From Priapulus caudatus (lineage: Eukaryota): DNA of 64,000 nt. The position numbers were made by a program, and so were the translations under genes. The stretch lies in assembly GCF_000485595.1 (NCBI RefSeq), contig NW_014577074.1, forward strand, positions 557,110-621,109. The letters are read 5' to 3'. The notes under the pieces are model-generated. The model saw nothing but the letters and a program-made list of their open reading frames with translations. It did no database searches and had not been told where the DNA came from. Positions 14,262 to 26,692 of the stretch are shown in pieces (positions within the stretch are counted from its first letter, which is position 1; every line of letters begins with the position of its first letter).

Positions 14262-15146
14262 AAATAAATTCTTCAGATTTTTCATTCTCAGGAATGCTAG
14301 TGGTGTATAAATAGAAACAACCTAAACAACTCTTCCTCTAATATTAACCTATTGAAGCTCGAAATTTTCATTCATGTTGCTAGCAAATTCTACTCAGTTC
14401 TTGTAATTCACCAAATAAAATTTACAGCGGTAGTTAAGATGTCACACTTTTCTCATTTAGTTTTAGTGAAATGTTAGACAAATTTACAAGCAGATGTATT
14501 TGAGATTTAATGTCAGCGTCATAGGGGTGGTAAGAATATAATATTATAGCACGCTAAATTAATATTCTAGGTCACACGATAGCACTATATAACACCTAAT
14601 AGCATTTTAATCAACATTTTTAATGGGAAAATGTGTACTATAACGTCATGTAGCTATTGACTATTTTATTATCTACAAAAATATTACCTTGGCTGTTTAA
14701 TAATTTACTATTAATTATCTGAACCTTTATATAATAAACTACCTAAATAAACTGATACTGACTTCATATAAAACAAGTATTGAAATGTACCTATTTGTTA
14801 CATAAACCATGATATTTATATCCCATAATTTTCCATCCACAGATCAACTATTTTAAATCAAACATATTTATACCTTGGGCTATAATAAATTCCTAACACT
14901 CAGCACGCTGCCACACTATCACACTGACAGCATGGAGCAAGACACTGCACCATGACCACCTAAAAATGTTACTCAGAGTAGAGAATATTGATAAGCAATA
15001 TCACTATAGACATCAATCCTCGATCTCTGCACCAAGAAACGCAAAACCATCTTTTCAAATAGCCTGGCAACACGAGCGGACACATTTTAGTTGCTGCAGC
15101 ATGGCCAATAAGCATAGCAGACACTCTATACAGTCGTATCGATTAC

Positions 15147-15251
15147 CTTGTACGGGCGTGTGCTCGACATATTCCTTGTCTCTCTTCTCACTGACCACCT
15201 TGTCAGCCAACAGCAGAATATCCTTGATGTCCTCATCTGTCACCTCAGACT
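15147..15251 (-). CDS. PTPRN: IA-2/PTPRN-family exon (contains KR dibasic site)
   Basis: Acceptor gtgctgcag| and donor |gtaatc; 105 nt, phase 1 to 1. Encodes SEVTDEDIKDILLLADKVVSEKRDKEYVEHTPVQ. Confidence 0.8.
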
Positions 15252-15501
15252 CTGCAGCACAGAGTACTCCAAGTAAACACAATAGCCACGCGATATTTAC
15301 CAACTATAGAATGTAACTACACACTGCACTGCCGAAGTGCCCTGAGAGATCCTGTTAGTGTGAAAATACATGTGCACTTTATGATATATTTCCACCTATA
15401 CACATCATTTGCTTTACACATGCAATTAACACACAATGGCGCTGCACGCGCGTGCAACATGGACACTGAAGGACAAATGTAGCACACACCTGGCCACCCA
15501 C

Positions 15502-15609
15502 GTTCGTTGAGGTACTGCATCAGCACCTTCTCCAGCTGTTCCTCCTCCCCAGGACTTAGGTCGACGGCTAGAGATCCTGTCACATCTGCCTTCTTCTTCT
15601 TGTTTGTCT
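15502..15609 (-). CDS. PTPRN: IA-2/PTPRN-family exon (KKKK basic cluster; alternative donor at 15490 possible)
   Basis: Acceptor ctattatag| (phase 1). Encodes ETNKKKKADVTGSLAVDLSPGEEEQLEKVLMQYLNE. Donor is either |gtgggt (exon end 15502) or cag|gtgtgt (exon end 15490), both phase 1. Confidence 0.72.
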
Positions 15610-15764
15610 CTATAATAGTCACCAGAGAAGTGCTAATCAGCACCTCGTCGCTGTATGGTATAATTGCCTGCGTCTAATTTGCTGTAAACAAGACCCGAGT
15701 TCTGCTCTCGCTTCCTCTCTCCCTCGCTTCCTCTCTCCCTTTCTTACTTCCTATTTTTCTTCTT

Positions 15765-15768
<4 letters not shown>

Positions 15769-15843
<75 letters not shown>

Positions 15844-15852
15844 CTCTCTCTC
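15769..15852. repeat. (CT)n microsatellite
   Basis: Directly visible. Confidence 0.95.
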
Positions 15853-16069
15853 TTTATTGAACCACTGCCTATTAAACCGCATTCTCTCCCGTCTATATTT
15901 ATCTTATCAGGAGTCTATCAATAGATATTGATAGACTCCTTATCTTATTTTATTAGCTTCCCAGAGATTATACACATTCTCTAGAGAAGCACGCACGCTA
16001 TACAATCTCTCTCTTTGTGAAAGATGCTGTTAGTAAGCCTGGATTGAGCTGCACGCCACATTCTCTCAC

Positions 16070-16309
16070 CTGTTCCTAACTGCTCCTCATCTTGCAGGTC
16101 AGTGAGAGCGTCATAGAAGGATGGCGGGAGATAGTCATTCATGTTTTTTCCTCCCTCGTCCTTCTCCCCCTTGGAATCATCATTGAGAATAGAAGCCATT
16201 TCAGACTCCTCAACGGGGGACTGCCCGACTAGAAGAGGTTCGTGGAAAGCAGGGCTCTCCTCACCTTCCTCTGGTCCGTCTGCAACTTGCATTGCTCCCT
16301 TGATCTCAC
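16070..16309 (-). CDS. PTPRN: IA-2/PTPRN-family exon (acidic pro-region)
   Basis: Acceptor atttccag| and donor |gtgaga; 240 nt, phase 1 to 1. Encodes GEIKGAMQVADGPEEGEESPAF...LQDEEQLGT. Confidence 0.82.
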
Positions 16310-18077
16310 CTGGAAATATCGGTGAAAATTACGTTAAATTTCCGCATCCATATAAAATAAAACTAATCCTCAGCATAAAATTGTAAAAGTGAAGATTTAT
16401 ACAAATAAATGCGTCTGTGGTGAAGCTTACACTGGCATATCAATTACTAGGTGAAACTGCTGACAAGTGGAAAATAATTAACAAAATATTGATAAATAGG
16501 GAAAACAAATTAAATAAATGAAAATTAGTTACTATAGCTATAGTAACATTAAAACAGGAAAATGTTTTCATTATTAGCTCAACATGCAAGTGTACACTAT
16601 TCTCTACTAGTGAAAACAGTGTATGTGATACAGCCAAACATACACTTACACATCAATCACTGCAAGTGAGAATTGAGGAATAGCCATAAATCAGAAATAG
16701 TTAAAAATTACAGTCCGTGCACTGGGAATTGACAAAGAGCCTTGATTTTTATAGTTACTACCTTTACTACTATGTATACTAACTATTGCAACGAATATAA
16801 CACAACATCATCAGATTGACATGACCAAAGCATCAGATAATTCTACTTGATTTTCTGAATAAACATTATTCGTGTACCATGCTCACTCATGCTATATACC
16901 TCATTTTCCTTCCTCCGTTCTAAATGTGGTCTCGAAACCTCTTGGTCTGTTTTTAGCTCAATTTTTAAATTTAAGATATATTTTTTTACCTTGGCCCTAT
17001 ATCCGAAATACAAACATCATAGAAGTGATATCCTTTCTGAGATATAAAAAGTAATAAATTACAATGACATGCATGGAACAGGCTTCATTCGATTAAAGCA
17101 TGAAGATATTATTTAATAATGGAACTTTTTTGCCTATATTAGAAAGGCTCCTTCATAGTACCCGCCAGAAACAACTCCTTCTAAATAATAATAACATTGC
17201 TGAAGCATCACATTCACACCAAAATATAATATGTCATGTCTACTGTATAATACTACTGTTCCAAATTTACTACCTTTAGAAACACGGTTGCCATGTAAAC
17301 TCATACGCTGTTTAGAAAAGTAATGATGTCACTTACTGCTTATAATAGGTATAAAATCAGTGCAAAAATATTATTACAAACTTCTTTTGTCAAAAACAAC
17401 ATTTGGGCAATTTGGTAAGAACCACTCCTCGTCATTTTTATTTCAATTATTATTCGTAAATTGTGTGAAAAATATATTATACAAAAGACTCCCCTAACAG
17501 TTACACAGAAAATACTCAACTTCAACACCACAGGGGGTTTGACAATATCACACGCCTGTTTCTCCCACCACTAATTGTGTCTCAAATGTGTAGTTTTGCC
17601 TTAAATTCAGTAGCGCAGTTCTTCGAAATGTGCCCTATAAAATCGGCCGACTGACTCACGAAAGCGGGTCTGAGCCACAACCAGAGGATCTACAGAATGA
17701 CATGATGATTAAATGTGGACCTAGTCTGACTATACATGCACACCTAGTCTGAATATGTGCACGTGCAGTGCTCAACATACTTTGAGTACATATTTAAAAC
17801 CAGCAGCATTCCAGCGAATCATCACTCGCACATGTAGCAGGTAATGAAGCAGGTAATAATTATCGTTACGACGCTCGATCATCTATGATCAGTACAGTGT
17901 ATCGAGGAAACTGACAACTGCACCACATGCATCTGTGCCCTCAAGCAGCGACATGCAACCACATGTGAGGATTCCTAGCAGGCAAGCACAAAGCCACAAT
18001 ACATGCACACGCACACACGGAACTTTCCGGCTATAGTCCCCCTTCTCGACTGGATATCCGCATACCGACGTGCATAC

Positions 18078-19470
18078 CTGCACCTGGATCACGCGGGATG
18101 CCACCATGCTCAGCATCTTCGGACTCTGCAGCTTCCTCATCCGCAGCCTCCTCCTCCAGATCCTGCTCATCAGGAGCCTTGTTGAGATGCTCGTACCAGT
18201 CGTCTGACAGCATGTCGTAAATTCCGTTCTCCGACTGCCGAATATCGTCGTCAAGGGACGCCTTCCACGGCCGGCCGGCGGCATCGTTGCTGCTTCTGGC
18301 GCCGCCGCCGCCTCCTCCCTGCCACGGCTGCAACGAGTTGTGCTCCAGCAGGTAAAGGAGACTGTCATCGTCGCCGCCACCGCCGCCGCCGTAATCGCTG
18401 TCGACCAGCGTGTTCGGAATGTCGTTGTAGGCGATGTACGAGGGCTTGACCAGGTTGTTCAGGCCAGAGTCCAGATACGCGCTGTCGTCGTCGTCGTCGT
18501 CGCTGACCCCGGCGTAGCCGCCACCGTTGTCACGATACGTGTAGTCATCGTAGTACGGGTCGCCTCCATAGTCGAATCTGCCAGCATTGCCTGCATTCTC
18601 GTGCCCAGCACTGTTGCCAGAATTCTCGTTACCGCCTCCGGCGCCTGCATTCTTGTCACCGCCACCATCGCCGCCACCATCGCCTGCATTCTTGTCACCG
18701 CCACCATCGCCGCCACCATCGCCTGCATTCTTGTCACCGCCACCATCGCCACCACCATCGCCTGCATTTTCGTCACCGCCACCAACGCCGCCACCATCGC
18801 CGTCACCATCACCTGCATTTTCTTTACCACCACCATCGCCTGCATTCTCGTAAATGCCACCATCGCCAGCACCCTCATCATAGCCGTCGACTTTCTCCGC
18901 ATCCTCGTCGTCGCTGCTCATCGCTTTTTCCGAATCATCTTCATAGCCGCCAATTTTGTCGGCGGCCATTTCGTAACTCCCAGCCTTGCCAGCTGCATCA
19001 TCGTAACCGCCAGCCTTGCCAGCTACATCATCGTAACCGCCAGCCTTGCCAGCTGCATCGTCGTAACCGCCAGCCTTGCCAGCTGCATCGTCGTAACCGC
19101 CAGCCTTGCCAGCTGCATCGTCGTAACCGCCAGCCTTGCCAGCTACATCGNNNNNNNNNNNNNNNNNNNNNNCGCCAGCCTTGCCAGCTACATCGTCGTA
19201 ACCACCTGCCTCGTCGTAACCGCCTGCATCGTCGTAACCGCCCAGCTCTCCTGCGTAACGACCGTCGTAATCGCCGTACGCTCTGTCGTACGCCTCGCCC
19301 GGGTTCCACTCACCTTCTCTCTCTGCGCCACTCAGAGAGTCAGGATACTTGCTGCTAAGATAGAGAGTTATGAGATGCTCTAACTTGCCTATGGAATCAT
19401 TCGATCCGCTAAAGAAGTCGTACTTCTGCAGGGAATCGGCTCCTGGGTCGTTCGTGTACTTACCAGTCTC
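18078..19470 (-). CDS. PTPRN: IA-2/PTPRN-family large exon encoding an acidic Gly/Asp/Tyr-rich repeat pro-region (internal alternative donors at 19464 and 19314)
   Basis: Acceptor ttatcttcag| (phase 0) and donor gcag|gtatgc (phase 1). The frame is open throughout (ETGKYTNDPG...GGYDDAAGKA repeats...EDAEHGGIPRDPGA) and includes ORF 18031..18969. It is preserved across the N gap at 19151-19172. Confidence 0.75.
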
Positions 19471-20108
19471 CTGAAGATAAGAACAGAGATAAGTGCTTAG
19501 TATCTGCAGATGACGTCAACGTTGCACAGTGAGGCAAGTGTCACGCCGAACAAATGCTTTACAAAGATGACTGAACATGTCTATTGACGTACTGTAGAAT
19601 TCTGCATCATAGCCTATGCAGGGATAAAATGTACAAAGCGACATGTGAGACACAACTACATCATTGCTGAAGTACGTTAAATAATAGTTACAATATTATT
19701 CTAAAATGTAACCATCACAATTGCCATGTGTAACGGGCACTACACAGACCTAATATAATAAAAAAGCCCGTTAATATTTAACGCGTGCTTGACACTTAAT
19801 GCTTTTATCAGAAGTGTATAGCAATGTTCTTCCAAAGAGCCAGTAAAACAGTATGGGAGATATGTGACGAAAACATTACGTTGATTAATTTGCTTTTCTT
19901 AGAAAATTACTTATGCGTAGACCTACAAGTCAGTGAACAGTAAGTGCTCAATTTCAGTTGGTGATCAATCGCTATACAAAATTGCCATTTCGCTCAGCTC
20001 TTCAACACATTAAGATTAGTAAAATGACTTCAAATGCACTCAGAGAAATGCATTAGATATACAGACCTACCAATTACTGACTATGTTAGTGTTACTGATC
20101 ACGTAACG

Positions 20109-21282
20109 AACTAGAAAGGGCAGTTGTCGCCAACTACATGTATCCCCAGTGTTCTCCCCAAGATGTGTAAGTATACGAAGTTTGGTCGCGCTAGGTCAAT
20201 TAGGGGCCGAGTTATAGAGCGGAAGGGAAATATGATGAAGGTCAAGGTCAAGGTCAAGGTCAAGGTCAATGTCAAATAAAGGTTGCAGTGACCTGGTTTC
20301 GGTACGCGACACACCTTCTCCCCAAGATGTGTAAGTATACCAAGTTTGGTCGCGCTAGGTCAATTACGGGCCGAGTTATAGAACGGAAGGGAAATATGAT
20401 CAAGGTCAAGGTAAAATAAAAGCCGCAGTGACCTGGTTTTGGTACGCGACACACATTCTCCCCAAGATGTGTAAGTATAGCAAGTTTGGTAGCGCTAGGT
20501 CAATTAGGCGCCGAGTTATAGAGTGGAAGGGAAATATGATGAAGGTCAAGGTCAAGGTTGCAGTGACCTGGTTTCGGTACACGACACACCTTCTCCCCAA
20601 GATGTGTAAGTATATCAAGTTTGGTCGCGCTAGGTCAATTAGGGGCCAAGTTATAGAGTGGAAGGGAAATATGATGAAGGTCAAGGTCAAGGTTGCAGTG
20701 ACCTGGTTTTTGTACGAGACACACCTTCTCCACAAGATGTGTAAGTATACGAAGTTTGGTAGCGCTAGGTCAATTAGGCGCCGAGTTATAGAGTGGAAGG
20801 GAAATATGATTAAGGTCAAGGTAAAGGTCAAATTAAGGTCGTAGTGACGTGGTTTTGGTACGTGACGCACCTTATCCCTAAGATGTGTATGTATACCAAG
20901 TTTGGTAGCGCTAGGTCAATTAGGCGCCGAGTTATAGAGTGGAAGGGAAATATGATTAAGGTCAAGGTAAAGGTCAAATTAAGGTCGTAGTGACGTGGTT
21001 TTGGTACGCNNNNNNNNNNNNNNNNNNNNNNNNNNNNNNNNNNNNNNNNNNNNNNNNNNNNNNNNNNNNNNNNNNNNNNNNNNNNNNNNNNNNNNNNNNN
21101 NNNNNNNNNNNNNNNCTGCTGCTCACACTTCTCCCCAGATGATGTAAGCTATATACCAAGTTTGGTAGCGCTAGGTCAATTAGGGGTCGAGTTATAGAGC
21201 GGAAGGGAAATTGTCTGCGGCGGCTGGGGAGACATGGAACCATAGTATATACCCGCCGACTTCGTCGCAGGGGATACAATAA
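20109..21282. mobile_element. Helentron-associated (HINE/pearl-like) element with tandem core repeats of about 120-140 bp
   Basis: Sub-terminal inverted repeats tgtatcccc and ggggataca; terminal hairpin cgccgacttcgtcgc. At least 7 tandem units contain (gtcaag)n; N gap inside. Related copies at 29061-29355 and 38243-39270. Confidence 0.7.
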
Positions 21283-23599
21283 TTAAATAGATAATTACAG
21301 GGTTACTTTCACCAGCATCATTAAAACATGTGGTTATATGATTGTCCAGTCATAAGCGTATTGCAATGTGCCGACTGATATATGTGTGTTTCTGTGTGAA
21401 TAAAGTCATGGCACGTGCACGAATGTGTCTGCATGTGTGCGTGCGTGCGGGTGCAGGCGCGCGTGTGGGTAAATATTGTGTGCATGTGTGCGATTATATA
21501 TATATAATATATGGGGTCCGTGTGCGTGTGTGAGCGTCGATCTGGATGTCTGTGTCCCTGTGGGTGAATGAGTGAATTTATCTAGAAAGCATAATACCAA
21601 GAGCATATAAAGAAGGCTTAATTCTTTATATGCTCTTGATATTACCCATCTGCACATCATTGCACAAATTTCATTACAGTTAAATTTAATGTCTGAGAGC
21701 AGACGCCCAGATGACTGATGATGACAAGCACAGATTTAATTTGGTCTGTCGTTTTCGAATCACCTCATGAGTTAATTACATGATTCAAACATGCAGTCAC
21801 ACAAACATTTTGCTAGCACACACAAAATCTTTTACATTTTGATTTCGTTTCAGGCTGTACATTCAAACCACGAAGACGTACCTAACCTATACGTATAATA
21901 TGATAGAAATGCTTCAGCCACAGTGTAGAGACTATTTAGAGAGTATTTACTTGCGTTTTTTACTATATAGAGCTCTATCAAAGTGGGAAGTAAGTTGGAA
22001 TCAAGTTGAGCGTTTAGTGGGAAGCAAGTTTAAGCAAACTTAAAGAAGAACAGGAGAAATATGGGTTTGAAGAAATTGAAACATGTTTCACCCCTCTTAG
22101 TTAAACTCGGCCACTAATAAATGTTTGAACATCATCAAGTTCTGCGTTTTCCCAACTATTTCCAATACAATTCAACGATCCGATCATGGCGACTAACAAA
22201 TACTATTTTAAAACGTGCAGAAACACAGTGCTCTTATTTTCTCCTCCTTTTTCAGTCTCACTAGATTCAGAACAAATTTTCCTACAGATGACAGTAGGGT
22301 AAGGATCGGTACAAAGAAGCACGCAAAATGGTTCATATAGTCACGAGAGCAGAATGAAATCATTAATATTGGATTGAAATAAGAATAAATTGAATGCCGC
22401 ACTGGGAGACTGATTCTGCTGTATGAAACGTAAAATGGACCTCAGATTCTAAATAGATTCGAGATCAACCCGTGATTGTTCGAGCGCATTGACTGCAATT
22501 CGCAAACCTTGTCTCAATAAAATTGTCACTAGTGCAAATCCCCGCAGGGAAATGCGCGAACTGCAAGACTCTTCTGTATATACGCCTCTTAAGGTTATAG
22601 ATATAATCACGCATTAAGGTGACGTGCCACGGGTATAAAATCTTATACCAATAAATCAATAAAATTGTTGCTAACGAGTGATACCGAGACAGACAGCTCT
22701 GATCTAGCTTCGACATAAGCCACCGCAACTGCGAGACTACGACTGTCCACACGACTGTTTGTAGCTAGTGCCGACTTACCACACCGTGGCGGCTGAACAA
22801 AACTCATTGACAGCTATAGCCATGTTGCGGACAGACGAGAAAGAAAACAGGCGACTTTCGAATGTTAATGAGGATAATTTGTCAAATAAACGTACAGCAT
22901 GGAATAGTGACTTACTCGTGCCAACCAATGCTGCTGTCGCAGCACAGACAGTCTTCCTCTGAGCAGGTGAGAGGTGGGGGGGGGGGTAGAATCGAGAGTG
23001 GACAGACTATGTGAAAGGATGTGTGTGAGAAAATAGATGCACCTTGTGAGGAAATGAGAAACCGTACAATGTCACGTTGTACATGTCTTCGTCTTTGATA
23101 GATTCACAAATAAAATAGTTAACATTTCAGCTCAGTATATATATATTTACTAAATTTAATATATTTAAATATTTACTATATTTAGTAAATATATATATAC
23201 TGAGCTGAAATGTTAACTATTTTATTTGTGAATGGCTTATATTTTATTTGTGAATGGCTATATTCTACTTTGTCCTGAGTCTCCTGACCTATACATCTGC
23301 GTGTGACCACCACATAATAATACCAACGAATAATTGTGAAATAAAAGAGTAGGCCTACTATAAAAACAAAATAAAACCATAATTTTGATTGGATGTTCGT
23401 CTAAAAACACCACAGCTCCCTATGTGTGACCCTTTCAAAAACAGAGAAGCATAGAAATGATCATTATTGTTAGCGATAACGGATACCAATCTCTCGGGTG
23501 TTCAACGTGAACGTGACTGCTTGCTATAGTGCAACGCCGGTAGCCGCTGATACATCTGTAGGTAGGCCGGTAGATCTGTCGAGCTGCTGTCGCGCAGCC

Positions 23600-23767
23600 C
23601 TAAAGCCCAGCCCTGTCGCGCAGCCCAGCGCACACGTGAGTTATTTTACTCAAGTAAAACGACGCATGAGTCATTTTACTCACGTGTGCGGCGGATTTTC
23701 GTTGAGTAATTTGACTCATGCGTCATTTTACTTGAGTAAAATAACTCACGTGTGCGCCGGGCTTAAG
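23600..23767. mobile_element. Palindromic Harbinger-type MITE
   Basis: gcccagcgcacacgtgagttattttactcaagtaaaa... with its inverse ending gtgtgcgccgggct|taa; termini related to the 5970 element. Confidence 0.65.
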
Positions 23768-25645
23768 ATAGTACGACCAAGTCACTAACGACGACTAATA
23801 TTTCACTGCACCTACACACCTACTAAAAACTCCCCTCCCTTTGACCTGCGCCGGTGCAAATCGATATGGGAATTTCACGACCACATATCATTAACTTGCA
23901 CATATATCCTACTACTTATATTTCCCGTACAACTGCGTCCTGTATCATAATAACAAGATGACATCTCTCCTTCCATAGCTCTCCCGCTAATGATGCACCC
24001 ACCTCCCATCTCTGTTCGGCAATTCGATCCAGGAACATACACGTGATCTCATCAATTCTGTGGTCATATTGACGCACACATGAGATGATGACCACAGCCT
24101 ATATAAAGGTAAATACGTTTAAATGGCTAAGGCTTCAGTATTGGCCGCGCGCAGCGCAGTAATCTATAAATTGTAAGGTCGAGTGAGTGAGAGCTATAGC
24201 TGACACATCACACGCCTGGCCACACTGCGGCGACAATTATCTTCGCTACCATGGCACAGGCGCGTAACAGGATACAGCACATGGATCCTCGCATCGCACT
24301 GCATGATGCTATACACGCCTAGCAGTAATTGCAACGTGAATTCTATGCGTTTTAAACATCAATTCATAACGAATGCTACATACGTTTCTAAACGACCATA
24401 ATTTACGCACGGTAAGCGTGGAAACGATATACCGAAGTTGAATAATAGATTCTGGATTTTGAAATCTTTCTTCGCAAAGTGCCCGCGAATACTTATGAAA
24501 GCCTTTCATTACTTCGTGCTGCATTTGTGTGAACTCGTTCTGAAAGATCCTGTTCATACCTGCATGAGCTAAGGCAGCTCTACGCAGGCGTGCTAATCCG
24601 GAAGCAATAGATGGCGCAGAACACTAACTTCGTGAAGCATTCAGCGTTAATATGGCTGGCGAGAAATTCCCCAAGGCTGTGCAATCTACATGTCAGTGAC
24701 CGAACAGATACTGCGCCACCCGTTGCGTCAATTGTCTCCTTTATAATCTCCTAGCAATGCAATTTTATACTCGTACTATTATTAGTGAAAGCAGCATCCA
24801 CTCATTGTGTGGACTGTATTTTGTTTTCCCCATCCCTGACTCAACTCATCGCTCTCTCCCTTTCTCTTCCACTCCACTCCTCTCTCTCTATCTCTCGCTC
24901 TATTACATCCTCCCTTAATTCCCCCACCCCCTCTCTTAATCTCTTCTCGTTTCCTCTTTTCACCTCGCCTCGCCTTTCCTATTTTATCTTTTCTGATCTT
25001 CCCACCCTCTCCCGCCCTATATCCCTCGCCCCCAGATCTCTCCCTCCCTTCTACATACTATAATTATATTCAGCAAAATTACAGCCTGCCATACAAGGAG
25101 TGAAAAACAGTGGCAGTTTAGCAACAAATAATAACAAATACTAATATATTTTTGCACTGATAACTATTTATAACTTGAATTTTTAGCAAGCCGCGTCTGC
25201 GCAATATAACACAGAAGTTTCCTTCCAAGTTAGGAAACATTGATTATGATGCCGCGGGTGTTTTGTGCTGTTTCAATTGTTATTCAACGGTTTTCCACTA
25301 TGTGTATCGCCACGAGCACGTCGTATACCTCTCTTCCTGGACACGCAAACTATCGATTAAAATCCAATCCAGCGGCACCGTCAGACCACAGACCACGCGA
25401 CAGATGGTTGCTGCGCGACGAACAGCGAGCGCCATTACAGATAAAAGCTCTTCACAATTCAGCCACACATCTCTCCCACCCACGCATTTCCCCTCCCACT
25501 CGCGAGATGGCAGGCTCGGCTTCAGTGTGCCAGAACAATGAGTTGCGACGCGGCAGTACAGTTGGCCGTTCGTGCATCGGTGAGCTCGCAGGGACGGCGA
25601 GCAGGCAGGCAGCTTCGCCATGCTGCGGCACACGCAGCTGATCCT

Positions 25646-25982
25646 CACAGGCACTTGGAACGTCTCAATAAAAAAAATAATGGTAAATAAACACGAAATG
25701 TATTTACTACCAGTCTTAATGTTTCTCTACTCTATTTCGCCTATTATTGCCGATAATTACCCGTAAATGCCGGTCAAATGCTCATCTGCAACACACAAGT
25801 ACACCGCACGCACGCCCTGTGCACAAACATCATGAATAAGAGAGATCGGCATTTACGGGTAATTATCGGCAATAATAGGCGAAATAGAGTAGAGAAACAT
25901 TAAAACTTTGGTAGTAAATTTTTATACATTTCGTGTTTATTTACCATTATTATTTTTTATTGAGACGTTCCAAGTGCCTGTG
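25646..25982. mobile_element. Foldback MITE with about 125-bp TIRs, CACAG termini and 2-bp TSD (CMC/CACTA-like)
   Basis: CT|cacaggcacttggaacgtctcaataaaaaa ... ttttttattgagacgttccaagtgcctgtg|CT. Confidence 0.72.
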
Positions 25983-26239
25983 CTGATGGTGGTGTGACGA
26001 CGGTATATTTGCACGGGTGCTTATATGGCTAGCTAGCAAACTAACAATGCTCGTGCGCGGGTATTACTCACACGCGCGCGTTACTGCCTTTATCCCCAGA
26101 TAATATAAATCCTATTTATAGTCACGATCTTATTATATATGACAATAGAACAGAATATAATAAAATAATCAATAATACTAATAATAGAACAGAATAGAGA
26201 TGCATGATAGAAATCACGTACGCACACGCAAGCACGCCA

Positions 26240-26692
26240 TTATTACCTCCGCCAAAAGGTTGGCAGGTTATGTTTTCACCGGCGTGTTTATTGGTTTGTG
26301 CGTGTACAGCCCAACTGAAAAAGTTATGGACGGATTGTCATAAAATTTTCAGGATAGGTCAGAAATCGCCTAACTTAGAATTGATGAGATTTTGGTGGTG
26401 ATCCGGATCCAATTAATTAATTAATTAATTAATTAATAAAATTTTCAGGATAGGTCAGAAATCGCCTAACTTAGAATTGATGAGATTTTGGTGGTGATCC
26501 GGATCCAATTAATTAATTAATTAATTAAATTTTCAGGATAGGTCAGAAATGGGGTAACTTAGAATTGATTACATTTTGGTGGTGATCCGGATCCAATTAA
26601 TTATTTAATTAATTAATTAATTAATAAAGATTTTCACAGTGAGAGAATTGAGCTGCCTTGGCGGAGGTCTGTGCTCTCCGAGTGCTCTAGTT
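26240..26692. mobile_element. HINE/Helentron-type element with three internal tandem repeats
   Basis: ttattacctccgccaa ... ttggcggaggtctgtgctctccgagtgctctagtt. Three internal units of aattttcaggataggtcagaaat...ggtggtgatccggatccaattaatt. Confidence 0.75.

Noticed and set aside
15610..15682. Upstream acceptors (tttacag, acgcag, catacag) for the 15502-15609 exon
   Set aside because: They give the wrong phase or stop codons relative to the preceding phase-1 donor; tatag at 15610 fits.
18340..19383. 347-aa plus-strand ORF rich in Val/Ile/Ala/Thr
   Set aside because: Antisense shadow of the Gly/Asp/Tyr repeat exon; the minus frame has the splice sites and fits the gene.
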